Below, one piece after another: positions 39,429 to 49,999 of a stretch of DNA of 64,000 nucleotides. The notes beneath the pieces were generated by a model. It was given only the letters and a program-made list of their open reading frames with translations. It had not been told where the DNA came from and searched no databases. How positions within the stretch are numbered: position 1 is the first letter of the stretch; each line of letters begins with the position of its first letter. Position numbers and translations under genes: made by a program. Source of the stretch: Deltaproteobacteria bacterium (GTDB lineage: Bacteria > Desulfobacterota > Binatia > Binatales > Binataceae); the NCBI GenBank assembly GCA_021794015.1, contig JAJYRQ010000015.1:8154-72153 (forward strand). Direction: 5' to 3'.

Positions 39429-40334
39429 TTAGTTACGAGGCGCGCCCGGCTGGCCCGCCTTCTCTTCCTTGACTTCGTTGGGGCCGACGGTCACGTAGTG
39501 CAGAAAGCCGACGACCACCGCCAGGCCCATCAGGGCCACGCTGACCGGCTTGAAGATTCCCTTCCAGAGCTTGACCATGGGGCTCACCCTAGGATTGCGC
39601 GGCAGGCCTTGGTAGAGTTCCGCGTCCCCGTACTGCAGGACGTACATGACGTGCGTCCCGCCGACCCCTGAGGGATCGTAGACCGCAGCCGTGGCAAAGC
39701 CCCGTTCCTTCAGTTCGGCCACGCGGTCCTCGGCGTGGCGCTTCATGTCGTCCTTGGTCCCGAAAACCAGCGCCTGCGTCGGACAGGCCTTGATACAGGC
39801 CGGTTCGAGACCGACCGCCACGCGGTCCGAACAAAGGGTGCACTTGTAAGCCTTGCGGTCGCGCTTGGAGATGCGTGGAATGTTGAACGGACAGCCGGTA
39901 ATGCAATAGCCGCAGCCGATGCAGTTCTCTTCCTGAAAATCGACGATCCCGTTGGAGTACTGCACGATCGCACCCGGCGCGGGACAGGCCTCCAGGCATC
40001 CCGGTTCCGCGCAGTGCATGCAGCCGTCCTTGCGGATGAGCCAAGCCAGCTCCGGCTCCCCGGTACCGTCCCTGGGAACCTCGACCTCGCTAAAGCGCAT
40101 CAGGGTCCAGGACTCGGGCGTCAAATCGGGCGGATTCTGGTAGCTGCCGACGTTTATCCCGACCGCCTCGTGCAGGTCGTTCCACTCCAGACAGGCGGCC
40201 TGGCACGCCTTGCATCCGATGCACTTGGAAATGTCGATCAGCTTGGCGACATCGGCCGTCTTCCGGATGGAAGGCGGAGGCATCGTGGTCGCCGAGCGCC
40301 GCTTGATGTCGAGCGACTGAAGGGCCATAGCCAA
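39429..40334 (-). CDS. fdnH: Formate dehydrogenase beta (iron-sulfur) subunit (FdnH/FdoH)
   Basis: Four ferredoxin-like Cys clusters ([44 protein letters not shown]) and a C-terminal TM anchor. Confidence 0.85.
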   Translation of the reverse strand: MAMALQSLDIKRRSATTMPPPSIRKTADVAKLIDISKCIGCKACQAACLEWNDLHEAVGINVGSYQNPPDLTPESWTLMRFSEVEVPRDGTGEPELAWLIRKDGCMHCAEPGCLEACPAPGAIVQYSNGIVDFQEENCIGCGYCITGCPFNIPRISKRDRKAYKCTLCSDRVAVGLEPACIKACPTQALVFGTKDDMKRHAEDRVAELKERGFATAAVYDPSGVGGTHVMYVLQYGDAELYQGLPRNPRVSPMVKLWKGIFKPVSVALMGLAVVVGFLHYVTVGPNEVKEEKAGQPGAPRN

Positions 40335-40341
40335 TCCTCCC

Positions 40342-43300
40342 CTATGCCTTCCTCAGATTGACCAGGAACGCCTTGAATTCGGGAGTTCCGGCGTCGGCGT
40401 CGCCGACAAACGGCGTGAGCGCGTTGGCCGGGTAGCCCTTCTTGGCTACTCCGGTGAACCCCCAGTGAATCGGGATGCCGACGTGGTAGACGGTCCTGCC
40501 GTTGACCTTCAGGGGTTTAAGCCGCTTGGTCACCAGCGCCACCGCTTCGATCTGCCCGCGCCGGTTCCAGACCACCACCGGGTCGCCGTTGCCGATTCCC
40601 TTTTCGCGCGCCAGTTCTTCCGAAATCTCGACGAACTGCTGCGGCTGCAGCACCGCGTTGATGCGGCAGTGCTTGCCCCAGTAATGGAACAACTCGGTCA
40701 GCCGGTAGGTGGTGCCGACGTAAGGGAAGTCGGAGGTCTTGCCAAACAGCTCCATGCTCGCGGAGTAGAGTTTGGCCACCGGGTTGCTTATCACCTTGGG
40801 ATGGAGCGGGTTGGTCCCAAGCGGCGTTTCGAAGGGCTCGTAGTGCTCGGGGAAAGGGCCATCCTTCAGGAGCTGGCGGCCGAACAGGCGACCGACTCCT
40901 TCGGCGTTCATGATGAACGGTCCCATGTCCTGGCTGGGGGCCGCGTCCGGTTTGTAGTCGGGGACGTCGAACCCCACCCATTTGCTGCCGTTCCACCAGA
41001 TGAGCCGGCGGTTGAAGTCCCACGGCTTGCCCGCCGGGTCGCAGGAAGCGCGGTTGTACATGATGCGGCGGTTGGCCGGCCAGGACCACGCCCAGGAGGA
41101 ATAGAGCCCGCGTCCGCTAGGATCGCTGGTGTCACGCCGCGCCATCTGGTTGCCCTTGCTGGTCCAGGAGCCGGCAAACAGCCAGCAGCCGCAGGCCGTC
41201 TTCCCGTCGTCGCGCAGTTGGAAGAAGCCGTCGACCTGCTGCCCTTTGTGCAGCAGCGTCTGCTTGGTCTTGGGATCAACTATGTCCTCGAGCGCGCGGC
41301 CGTTGAGTTCCGTGGCCAACTCGGAGGGATGCGGCGAGTGCGGAATCACATAGGCCCAGTCGAGGTTGAGGATCGGGTCGGGGAAAGCGCCGCCCTCCTT
41401 GCGGTACTTGTCGCGAATCCGAATGAACAGATCGGCCATGATAACGATGTCGGTGCGCGACTCGCCCGGCCCGTCGGCGCCCTTGTAATGCCACTGCAGC
41501 CAGCGCGAGCTGTTGATGAGCGAGCCGTCCTCTTCGGCAAAACAGGTGGTCGGCAGCCGGAAGACCTCGGTATTGATATGGCGAGGATCGACGTCGTTGT
41601 ACTTGCCGTGGTTCTGCCAAAACTCCGAGGTCTCGGTCGCCAGCGGGTCCATCACCACCAGGAACTTGAGGTTGCTGAGCGCCCTGATGAGCTTGCTCTT
41701 GTACGGGAAGGCCTGCAGCGGATTGAAGCCCTGGCAGAAATAGCCGTTCATCTTGCCCTCGGCCATCAGGTCGAAGGTCCGCAGCATGTCGTATTCGACA
41801 TTCACCTTGGGCAGCCAGTCGTAGCAGTAGCCGTTGGCTGCGGTGGCCGCGCCGCCGTATACCGCCTTCATCAGGCTGGCGTAGAACTTCGAGTAGTTCG
41901 ACCAGTAGTTGAACTGGCCCGGCCGAAGCGGCTTGGGCGTGCGATGCGCCAGGTAGGTTGCCGCGTCCTGCTCCTCCTTGTGAGGCAGCGTCAGGTAGCC
42001 CGGCATTAGGTTGCTCATCAGCCCCAGGTCGGTTAGCCCCTGGATGTTCGAATGGCCGCGCAGCGCGTTCATCCCTCCGCCCGACAAGCCGATGTTGCCC
42101 AGCAGGAGCTGGATCATCGCCATGGTCCTGATGTTCTGCGTGCCGACGCTGTGGTGGGTCCAGCCCAGCGCGTACATCGAGGTCATGGTCCGGTCGGCCG
42201 GCGCCGTCGAGGCGATGATTTCGCACACCTTCAGGAACTTATCCTGAGGGATGCCGGTAAGGCTGGCGACCACCTCCGGCGTGTAACGCGCGTAGTGCTT
42301 CTTCATGAGCTGGAAGACGCAGCGCGGATCACGCAGGGTGGAGTCAACCATCACATAGCCGTCCGAACCCAGCTCGTAGTCCCAGCTGCTGGTATCGTAA
42401 GCGCGGGTCTCGGAACTGTAGCCGGTGAAAAGCCCGTCCGAGAAGTCGAAACCTTGCTTTACGATATAGGGCGCGTTGGTGTAGTTGACGACGTACTGGT
42501 GCTGAATCTTGTCGTGCGCCAGCAGGTAATTGATGACGCCGCCCAAAAACGCGATGTCGCTGCCGGCGCGAATCGGCAGGTAGTGGTCGGCCACCGCCGC
42601 AGTCCGGTTGAAGCGCGGATCCACCACGATAAGCGTCGCCTTGTTGCGCGCCTTGGCTTCAACCACCCATTTGAAGCCGACCGGATGGGCCTCGGCGGCG
42701 TTGCCGCCCATCACGACGATCACATTGGCATTTTTGATGTCGACCCAGTTGTTGGTCATCGCGCCACGGCCGAATGTCGGGGCAAGACTTGCCACCGTGG
42801 GGCCGTGTCAGAGGCGCGCCTGATTGTCGAAACTCACCATCCCCAGGCTGCGCACCACTTTCCAGGTCAGCCAGCCGGTCTCGTTGGTCGAGGCCGAAGC
42901 CGCCAGAAAACCCTGGGTCAGCAGCCGGTTGACCGTGCGGCCCTGCTCGTCCTTGGCGATGAAGTTCTTGTCCCGGTCCTGCTTGACCAGCGTCGCGATC
43001 CGGTCAAGCGCCCAGTCCCAGGAGACGCGCCGCCACGAGGTCTCGCCCGGCCCGCGATACTCGGGATAGGTGAGACGGCTCTTGCTATGGACGAAATCAA
43101 GCAGCCCGGCACCCTTGGGGCAAAGACTGCCGCGGCTTACCGGATGGTCCGGGTCGCCCTCGATATGCATGATGGACCGGCGCGCATTTTTCGCCCCGTC
43201 GCCCAGGCCGTACATGATGATCCCGCAGCCAACCGCGCAGTAGGGGCAGGTGTTGCGCGTCTGGGTCATCTTTTCCAGCTTGAATTCCCTCACCTCGGCC

Positions 43301-43395
43301 AGTGCCGGCTCGGGCGCAAAACCGAGCATCGCCAAACTGGATCCGCCCAAGCCTGCCGCGCCCAGTTTGAAAAACTGCCTTCTTGAGAGCTCCAT
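40342..43395 (-). CDS. fdnG: Formate dehydrogenase alpha subunit, periplasmic (Tat signal), selenocysteine-containing (UGA at 42810-42808 read through)
   Basis: Two consecutive in-frame ORFs (42808..43536 and 40342..42795) are separated only by a TGA. ...[36 protein letters not shown]... matches the FdnG selenocysteine context. Twin-arginine signal [23 protein letters not shown]. Molybdopterin oxidoreductase motifs throughout. ~1017 aa. Confidence 0.85.
42757..42807 (-). ncRNA. SECIS-like mRNA hairpin immediately 3' of the fdnG UGA
   Basis: In the mRNA after UGA, CACGGCC (nt 4-10) pairs with GGCCGUG (nt 40-46). The hairpin encloses an inner stem GGCAA/UUGCC with apical loop GUC. Position and size fit a bacterial selenocysteine insertion sequence. 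Confidence 0.4.
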
Positions 43396-43667
43396 AATCC
43401 CCTCCGCGGCCGTCAGATTATAAGCGGCTGAAGTGCCCCTTATATAGCCGACAACCAGGCCGATTGCAAACACCCCCCGAGGAGGCGAGGCCGTCCCTGT
43501 CTCCAGACGATACAGCGAGGCTCGCTCTGCCTCCAATTGCTACAGCCGGCCGGATGGACGGCGGCGCAAGCGCGGGGGTCAAAACCGCCGTCCGGCGAGC
43601 AACGTTCGGGCTTGAGCTTCGTTCTGCAGGCTGGGCGCCAGACTTCCCAGGGCTCTGCGCCTGAAAC

Positions 43668-46007
43668 CTACCCGTGGTCGAAATCGAGGCTGAGCGAGAC
43701 GCCTTTTTCGGGCACCGCCTCGAACGTCTCGGCAGGAGCAAGGTCGGGGTGTTCGGCGTAGGGCCGGAATTTGGCGTAAAGCTCGGCGAGCTTGGCCTCG
43801 TAGTAGTCGAGGTTTTCGTCCGGTTGCGAGGGGTCGTATTTGCTTGCCGGCTTGGCGAAAGCGCTCACTTTGAGCTTGGCGCCGCGGCCGGTCACGTAGT
43901 AGGAAATCTGGTCGCCGCTTTGGTACGGGCGTCCGCTTGCCAAGGCGATCTCGTAGGCGGCCGCAACGTTGCGCCGCCGCCCGGCCACCTTGTCGCGGTA
44001 GACGGCCGGAGAGTCCTGCAGCGTTTCGGTTTTCGCCAGCTCGGCGATCGAGAAGCCGTGGGCGCGAAGTCGGTCTCGGTACTCGGCGTAAAACGGCGCG
44101 GCTCGGTCGGCGTTGCCCTCCAGCAAAAGCCGAAAGAACGCGGTCAAAAAATTGCGCAGGTAGCGTTCCAGCCCCCGCGAGCGCAGCCCCGAGCCCCTAA
44201 CGACAAGCTCGCCCGACTCCTCGAGAAGAACGTAGTTCTTCATCTTATAGCTCAGCATCGCCGGATAGCGGCCGTCGACCTCGAGTTTCACTCCCGCCGG
44301 CATCGGCGCCGACACCCTCTCGAGCAGCCGCTGCACCGCCTCGTTGTCGGTCCAGGCAAACGGCGGGACGAAGTAGATGCCGTCGGTGTCGACCTCGATC
44401 ACCCGCGCGCCGGCCCGCTCGAGCTCGTCCACCACCTGCCGGATAAGCTCCCGGCCGCGGGCGGTGACGGCGTTGGCCGCCTCGAAATCGTTGAAATGGC
44501 CGAGCGCAAAGCCGAGGTAGCCGTAAAACGAATTGATGAGCACCTTGAAGGCTTGCTGCAGTGCTTCCATATGGCGGCGCTGGCGGCCCGCAAGCCGGCG
44601 CGCCGCCCCTTTGGCTTCCACCCTAAAGCGCGTCAGGTCCTTAAGCAGCCGGAGGAAAATCCCCAGCGCATCGTTGGCCGGCCGATAACCGCAGGCCAGC
44701 ATCAAGGAAGGGTAAAGCGAGGTGACGTCGCAGTGCAGCACGCCCCGAGCCACCCCGGCCAGACGCAGTTCGGTCAGCCCGCCGCCGACCTCACGGCCGG
44801 CATTGGGCAGCGGCACCGAATGGTCCTGCGCCAGGTAGCCGCGCAGCATCAGGCCGTCGATCTTGGTGGCGTTCCCGCGCAGCACGACGTTTTGGTAGGA
44901 GTAAGGGAAAATCTGCGCTTGGACGAAGTAAGTTGGCGCCAACAGGGCAGCCAGCGCTCCGGTCTCGCGCACATCGCCAAGGGCGTAGCCAAGCAGCTTG
45001 TCGGGCTCATGCTCGAAGTAGCGGTTCACCTGGGAGGGGTCTATCCTGACGCGGTTGGGGTCTGACAGGCCGAAATGGGCGGCGAGCTGCTTGAGCCCGA
45101 AACTCTCAAGCTCCCGGCTGGCAACGTCGTAGTGCTGCGCCAGTATCCAGGTGTCGATTATGCTGCGGCCGTAGATGTCGTAGCGGCGGTAGGCCAGGGT
45201 CCGCTCCGCGACCTGCAGGCGCGAGGCGTGCGAGCGCAGCTCGCTGCCGTCGCGCCCCAGGGCAAGCCGCACGCGGTGTCGGCGCGCCCGCGCCTCCAGG
45301 TACTCCAGGTCGAAGCGGAAAAGATTGTGTCCCTCGATAACGTCCGGGTCGCGCTCGGCCACCACTCGCGCCAGCTCCTCGAGCATCGCCCGCTCGTCCA
45401 TCTGGCGGCCGGAGAGCACCCGCTCGAAGCCGGCGTTGTCGGCCAGCGCAATGGCCGCCACGCGGTCGCCCTCGCGCGCGGCGCTGGGAAACTCGAAGCC
45501 GGGTGTGATGCAGGTCTCGATGTCGATCTGCATCCGCCTCAGATCGTCGAATTCAAGGCCGGTAAAGAAGGTCGCGCCGCCAAGGATCAGGTGCTGCTCC
45601 ACCGGGTCGCTAAGCGCCAGGTAGGGAGCCTCGACCGCTCCGGACGGATGGCCGGTTACTTGGCGCAGATGGCGGCGGGCCGCCTCCAGCGCACGCAGGC
45701 TCCTGAACTCGGCCAGGTAGCGCAGCGCAAGGCCGCCGCCAAGCGGCTTCAGTTCGTGGGGTGCGCGCAGCCCTTTTAATAGCTGCGGGGTCTCGACCAG
45801 CACGAACAGCCTAAGCGGCAGCCGCTCTCTGACCAGTGCACCGTTTAGGCGCCTGAAAAGCTCGATCTCAGCGTCGGTCGCAAGCTCGGCGCCGACAATG
45901 CCCCTCTGCTCGGGGTCGCCGAACAGCAAGCGGCTGGCATAGAGCCTCTGCAGGATAGCTTGATAGTCGCTCATCGCCTTGGAACCGCCGGGCGGCGCCC
46001 GCGCCAC
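43668..46007 (-). CDS. polB: DNA polymerase II (family B)
   Basis: Exo I IDIET, Exo II IEGHNLFRFDLEYL, Exo III YALGDVRET. Pol motif A HCDVTSLYPSLM, motif B KVLINSFYGYLGF, motif C VIEVDTDGIYF. ~779 aa, like E. coli Pol II. Start 46007 or 45974. Confidence 0.85.
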   Translation of the reverse strand: MARAPPGGSKAMSDYQAILQRLYASRLLFGDPEQRGIVGAELATDAEIELFRRLNGALVRERLPLRLFVLVETPQLLKGLRAPHELKPLGGGLALRYLAEFRSLRALEAARRHLRQVTGHPSGAVEAPYLALSDPVEQHLILGGATFFTGLEFDDLRRMQIDIETCITPGFEFPSAAREGDRVAAIALADNAGFERVLSGRQMDERAMLEELARVVAERDPDVIEGHNLFRFDLEYLEARARRHRVRLALGRDGSELRSHASRLQVAERTLAYRRYDIYGRSIIDTWILAQHYDVASRELESFGLKQLAAHFGLSDPNRVRIDPSQVNRYFEHEPDKLLGYALGDVRETGALAALLAPTYFVQAQIFPYSYQNVVLRGNATKIDGLMLRGYLAQDHSVPLPNAGREVGGGLTELRLAGVARGVLHCDVTSLYPSLMLACGYRPANDALGIFLRLLKDLTRFRVEAKGAARRLAGRQRRHMEALQQAFKVLINSFYGYLGFALGHFNDFEAANAVTARGRELIRQVVDELERAGARVIEVDTDGIYFVPPFAWTDNEAVQRLLERVSAPMPAGVKLEVDGRYPAMLSYKMKNYVLLEESGELVVRGSGLRSRGLERYLRNFLTAFFRLLLEGNADRAAPFYAEYRDRLRAHGFSIAELAKTETLQDSPAVYRDKVAGRRRNVAAAYEIALASGRPYQSGDQISYYVTGRGAKLKVSAFAKPASKYDPSQPDENLDYYEAKLAELYAKFRPYAEHPDLAPAETFEAVPEKGVSLSLDFDHG

Positions 46008-46055
46008 GGGCGGCCGATGAGCCTTATTGGTTGAGCCTTCACGGCTGCACCGTCC

Positions 46056-47114
46056 CTACACCACCATCCGCAGGCCCAGCAGGAAGACAACGTAGGCGCC
46101 GCCGCCGAACAGCAACTCCAGAAGGCCGAGCCGGTCGTCACCCAAGCGCCACCATAGCCAAGCCGCCGAGGCCACAATCACTGCGCCCGCCCAGAGCTCC
46201 GGCGCGCCAAGGCGCCACGGACTCCAGATCAGTCCCAGCGCCGCAGGCACACAGGTCTGGAAGACCATGCCTCCGGTGAGATTGGAGATCGCCAAGTAAT
46301 CCCTGCGCCGGCGCACCCAGATTATGGCGTTGAAATTCTCCGGCAACTCCGCCGCAAACGGGCTTAAGATGAGCGACAGCACATCCGCCCGCAAGGAAGA
46401 GGCCGCCGCCAGTCGGGCGAGCACCGCGACAAACTGGCGCGCCGCCAGCAGCATCAGCCCCAAACTAAATACCAACTGGACCAGCGTGAGGTGGGTCTTG
46501 GGCCTTGCCTCGCGATGACCCAAAAGGCGGCCCAGGCGCAAGCCTTGCGCAACGCCCGCCTGCGGATCGCGTGCCATCTGCAGCATGCCTCGGGCGTACG
46601 CGGCGTAAGCAAGCAGCAGGCCAACGGCCGCGCCCGCGCGTACCAGCCGCCCCGCGCTGCTCAAACCCAGACCCAGCACCACACCAAAGAGCGCCAGAAA
46701 CAAGCCCAGGTCCCAGCGCAAGCCGCCACGCGCGACCCTAAGCGCCGCCTCGCTCCCCCGCGACCGGCGAGCCAGCGCGGCCAGTCCCACGATGAACAGC
46801 GAGAGCGTTGAAAGCAAAAGCGGTGCCCCCACGATCGCCCCGATTCCAACCTCGCGGTAGAGCGCCGGGCCGCGATACCCGCCTATCATCCCAAAGGCTG
46901 AAATTAGGGTCTCGGGCAAGGCCGCGCCTACGCCGGCAAGCAAACTGCCTACGGCTGCCTCGGCCAGTCCGAAGCGCTCGCCGGTCCATTCCGCCGCGTT
47001 GGTGAAAAGCTCAGAGCTTACCAGCATCGCAACGGTGCAAACCAGCAACAAAAGCAAATGCTGCAACAAACCCGGCTTCCCTCTGTCCCCGGCCAGTAAA
47101 GCGGGCAGGGCCAT
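46056..47114 (-). CDS. Sodium/calcium exchanger family (CaCA) membrane protein
   Basis: Two alpha-repeat motifs GAALPETLISAF and AAELPENFNAII in a polytopic protein. Confidence 0.75.
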   Translation of the reverse strand: MALPALLAGDRGKPGLLQHLLLLLVCTVAMLVSSELFTNAAEWTGERFGLAEAAVGSLLAGVGAALPETLISAFGMIGGYRGPALYREVGIGAIVGAPLLLSTLSLFIVGLAALARRSRGSEAALRVARGGLRWDLGLFLALFGVVLGLGLSSAGRLVRAGAAVGLLLAYAAYARGMLQMARDPQAGVAQGLRLGRLLGHREARPKTHLTLVQLVFSLGLMLLAARQFVAVLARLAAASSLRADVLSLILSPFAAELPENFNAIIWVRRRRDYLAISNLTGGMVFQTCVPAALGLIWSPWRLGAPELWAGAVIVASAAWLWWRLGDDRLGLLELLFGGGAYVVFLLGLRMVV

Positions 47115-47274
47115 TGGCCTTTTGCCGGGCCTCGCCGTTGTACGCCCCAGCGCCAAAGGGAGACAAGCACCTAACTACCGCACCTTTGGTCCGGCCCGCC
47201 GCTTGCTTGCGAATTATAGCCCGGGAAGCGGATGTCCCGAAAAAGAAATAGACCGAGAAACGGGGTGCAGCGCT

Positions 47275-47303
47275 TTGACTTGGCTGGCGGGTATGGTTAA
47301 ATT
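47275..47303 (+). promoter_or_regulatory. Candidate sigma-70 promoter of rpoD (TTGACT-17 nt-TAAATT)
   Basis: -35 TTGACT 47275-47280, 17-nt spacer, -10 TAAATT 47298-47303, ~150 nt upstream of rpoD. AGGAAGG Shine-Dalgarno before the ATG at 47457. Confidence 0.35.
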
Positions 47304-47456
47304 AGCCCTGAGCAAGTAGGATGAGCTGTCCCCGTCTACCTTGACCCTTTTCCCTGGTTTTGCCAATCTTGCTGCCCCGCGCCCACGGGGCCGCAAATGG
47401 CTTAGCACCTTCGGTTTAACCGCCGGCAGCAAGCGGCGACGCCCCAGCAGGAAGGC

Positions 47457-49208
47457 ATGAAGCGCAAGCAAACCAGCAAGGAGCTTCAGAGTCTGGTCGA
47501 TCTCGGCCGTGAACAAGGCTATCTCACGTTCGATCAGGTAAACGAGCTTTTGCCGCAGGACCTTACCTCGCCCACCGACCTGCGGGCGGCTCTCGACAGC
47601 TTCCAGGACCTGGACATCAAGGTGCTCGAGGAAACCCCCGCCGAAACCAGCGAGTCCGAGCTTGAGCCGGAACTCAAGGAGGAAGCCGAAGAGGCGGCGG
47701 AAAAGACCTACACCGACACCGCCGACTCCTCCGACCCGGTCCGTCTTTACCTGAAAGAGATGGGCAACTTCCAGCTCCTCTCCCGCGAGCAGGAGGTCGA
47801 GATCGCCAAGCGTATCGAAGAAGGGGAAAAAGAAGTCGAGGCCGAGGTTTTGCGTTCTCCGGTTATGCTCGACCACGTCATCGCGCTTTGCGCGCGGGTC
47901 GAGGCCGGCGAAGCCAGCCTGCGCGAGGTCTTCGAGGAAAGCGAGGAGGGCGAGCCGGACGAGGAACGAGGCAGCGAGGCCGACGAAAAGCAGCGCAAGC
48001 GGCTGCTGAGCGCCGCCCAAAAGCTCGCCGACCTGCGTCACAGGATCAACGCCGGCGAAGAGCGGCTGCGGGCCCGGCCCGCGCCCCGGCGCAAAACCGC
48101 ACTCCAGACCCAACTGGCTCGGCTTCGGGGACAGGCCAAGTCGCTCCTTGCGGCCCTGCAGCTCTCGCGCCGCGTCTACGAGGCGGTAATCACCGAGCTG
48201 CGCCACCTGCTCAACGAGCACCGCGCCGCGCAGGCGCTAATCCACCGCTACGAAACCGCTACCGCGCGTTCGCGCACCCAGCTTTTGCGCGAGGCGGCCG
48301 GAGCCGAAGACCGCCGCCACATCCTCAAGGTCAACGGCACGCGGGAAAACCTCCTCGATATCGCCGCCCGCATCCGCGAAGCGCAGCGCACCATGCGCTC
48401 GGTCGAGCGCAAGGCGATGGCCGACGGCGAACAACTGGCCAACTCCCTGGCGGTCATCGGCGCCGGCCTGGGAAAAAGCCGCCGGGCCAAGAAGGAGCTG
48501 ACCGAGGCCAATTTGCGCCTGGTGGTGAGCCTGGCCAAGCGCTACACCAACCGCGGCCTGGGCTTTCTCGACCTCATCCAGGAAGGCAACATCGGGCTGA
48601 TGCGCGCGGTCGACAAGTTCGAGTACCAGCGCGGCTACAAATTCTCGACCTACGCCACCTGGTGGATTCGCCAGTCGATGTCGCGCGCCATCGCCGACCA
48701 GGGACGCACCATCCGCATCCCGGTGCACATGGTCGAGACGATCAACAAGCTCTTGCGGGTAACCCGGCTGCTGGTCCAGCGCCTGGGGCACGAGCCGAGC
48801 CCCGAAGAGATCGCCGAGCAGATGGAGATGCCGCTCGACAAGGTCCAGAAGGTGCTCAAGATCGTCAAGGAGCCCATCTCGCTCGAAACCCCGATCGGCG
48901 ACGAGGAGGAAAGCTCGCTGGGCGACTTCGTCGAGGACGAACTCGCACCCTCGCCGCTCGAGGCGGCCATCCAGGGCAACCTCGGCGAGCAGACGCGCAA
49001 GGTGCTCGCCACGCTCACCCCGCGCGAGGAGCAAATCCTCAGGATGCGCTTCGGCATCGGCCAGAAAAGCGACTTCACCCTCGAGGAAGTCGGCAAGCAA
49101 TTCGCCGTCACCCGCGAGCGTATCCGGCAGATCGAGGCCAAGGCGCTGCGCAAGCTTAGGCAGACCACCCGCGCCCGCAACCTGGAAGGCTTCGTCAGCC
49201 ACAATTAG
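47457..49208 (+). CDS. rpoD: RNA polymerase primary sigma factor
   Basis: Acidic region 1.1, region 2 ([35 protein letters not shown]), region 3, region 4 ([15 protein letters not shown]...[27 protein letters not shown]). Confidence 0.95.
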   Translation: MKRKQTSKELQSLVDLGREQGYLTFDQVNELLPQDLTSPTDLRAALDSFQDLDIKVLEETPAETSESELEPELKEEAEEAAEKTYTDTADSSDPVRLYLKEMGNFQLLSREQEVEIAKRIEEGEKEVEAEVLRSPVMLDHVIALCARVEAGEASLREVFEESEEGEPDEERGSEADEKQRKRLLSAAQKLADLRHRINAGEERLRARPAPRRKTALQTQLARLRGQAKSLLAALQLSRRVYEAVITELRHLLNEHRAAQALIHRYETATARSRTQLLREAAGAEDRRHILKVNGTRENLLDIAARIREAQRTMRSVERKAMADGEQLANSLAVIGAGLGKSRRAKKELTEANLRLVVSLAKRYTNRGLGFLDLIQEGNIGLMRAVDKFEYQRGYKFSTYATWWIRQSMSRAIADQGRTIRIPVHMVETINKLLRVTRLLVQRLGHEPSPEEIAEQMEMPLDKVQKVLKIVKEPISLETPIGDEEESSLGDFVEDELAPSPLEAAIQGNLGEQTRKVLATLTPREEQILRMRFGIGQKSDFTLEEVGKQFAVTRERIRQIEAKALRKLRQTTRARNLEGFVSHN

Positions 49209-49352
49209 CCGGTCGCACCCGCCGGGTGCGGCGCCCGCCGGACGCCCTGCGGCCTGGCCGTTTCGGTTCGGCGCGCGGACGCCTCCCTGGTACCAGGAGC
49301 AACGCCGGGCTTTCGTTGGCGCCAGCCAACCCCCGCCGGCCCTACATGTTTT

Positions 49353-49470
49353 GATAATGCGGGCGACGACGACCGCTTCCGCGCCACCGGCATCGCCGCC
49401 TATCTCAAGAACGGCGGCACGCTCGAGAAGGCCGCCGCCATGGCCAACCACTCCAGCACCCGCACGTCGG
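49353..49470 (+). pseudogene. Tyrosine recombinase (phage-integrase family) C-terminal fragment
   Basis: A frame +2 translation ...RFRATGIAAYLKNGGTLEKAAAMANHSSTRT resembles the integrase C-terminal box II region (R-x-T..Y L.NGG.LE....MA.H.S..T). The frame then breaks before the catalytic Tyr. No N-terminal part is present (rpoD ends at 49208). Confidence 0.4.
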
Positions 49471-49484
49471 CCGGCGGGGCAGTT

Positions 49485-49614
49485 CGAGTTCGAGTTCCGC
49501 GACGGCGATCTGCGCGTCTTCTATCGCGTCCAGGACGACCAAGCGTTGGTTGACGCCATCGGCCGCAAACGCGGCAGCCGGCTTTTTATCGGCGGCAGGA
49601 GCTTGACTCTATGA
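49485..49614 (+). pseudogene. RelE/ParE-family toxin C-terminal fragment
   Basis: ...FRDGDLRVFYRVQDDQALVDAIGRKRGSRLF matches the RelE/ParE C-terminal YRIIYRV.D...V.VL.IGHR motif. The preceding 45 codons of the same ORF (49351..) are Pro/Ala/Arg-rich and not toxin-like. Confidence 0.45.
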
Positions 49615-49853
49615 AAATCGAGAATATCCGCGAGGTCAAAACCCGCTCGAGCCGCCACGTTAGGGAACTTCCTCGCAGCGGTTCAGTCGTGATCACTAAG
49701 AACGGCCGGCCGTGCGCCGCCCTGATACCGGTCACCGAGGACACCGACCTCGAAGCTTTGGCGTTGTCCCAGAACAAGCGCTTCTGGAAACTCATCGACG
49801 AGGCGATCGAACGCGGCAAAAAAGGGGGCTTTGTCGATCTGGCGGACCTCTAA
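49611..49853 (+). CDS. Phd/YefM-family type II antitoxin (intact, 80 aa)
   Basis: MKIENIREVKTRSSRHVRELPRSGSVVITKNGRPCAALIPVTEDTDLEAL fits the Phd/YefM fold (beta-strand ITK/R.GKP.AV..P). ~57% GC versus ~68% in flanking genes. Confidence 0.7.
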   Translation: MKIENIREVKTRSSRHVRELPRSGSVVITKNGRPCAALIPVTEDTDLEALALSQNKRFWKLIDEAIERGKKGGFVDLADL

Positions 49854-49884
49854 CAGGATGCTGAAAAACTACTTTCAGCCCTCA

Positions 49885-49914
49885 TTGCTCAGTTGTCGTA
49901 ACACATCGTAAGAT
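49885..49914 (+). promoter_or_regulatory. Candidate sigma-70 promoter for the PIN-like gene (TTGCTC-18 nt-TAAGAT)
   Basis: In the 146-nt AT-enriched spacer. GAGG sits 6 nt before the GTG start at 50000. Confidence 0.25.
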
Positions 49915-49999
49915 AGCGTGGGCCACGATGGCCTAAGCCTCAAGGCGGTCAAAAAGCCTTTTTCCGCAACCTGCTAAAGAGGCATTAACGAGGCTTCGC

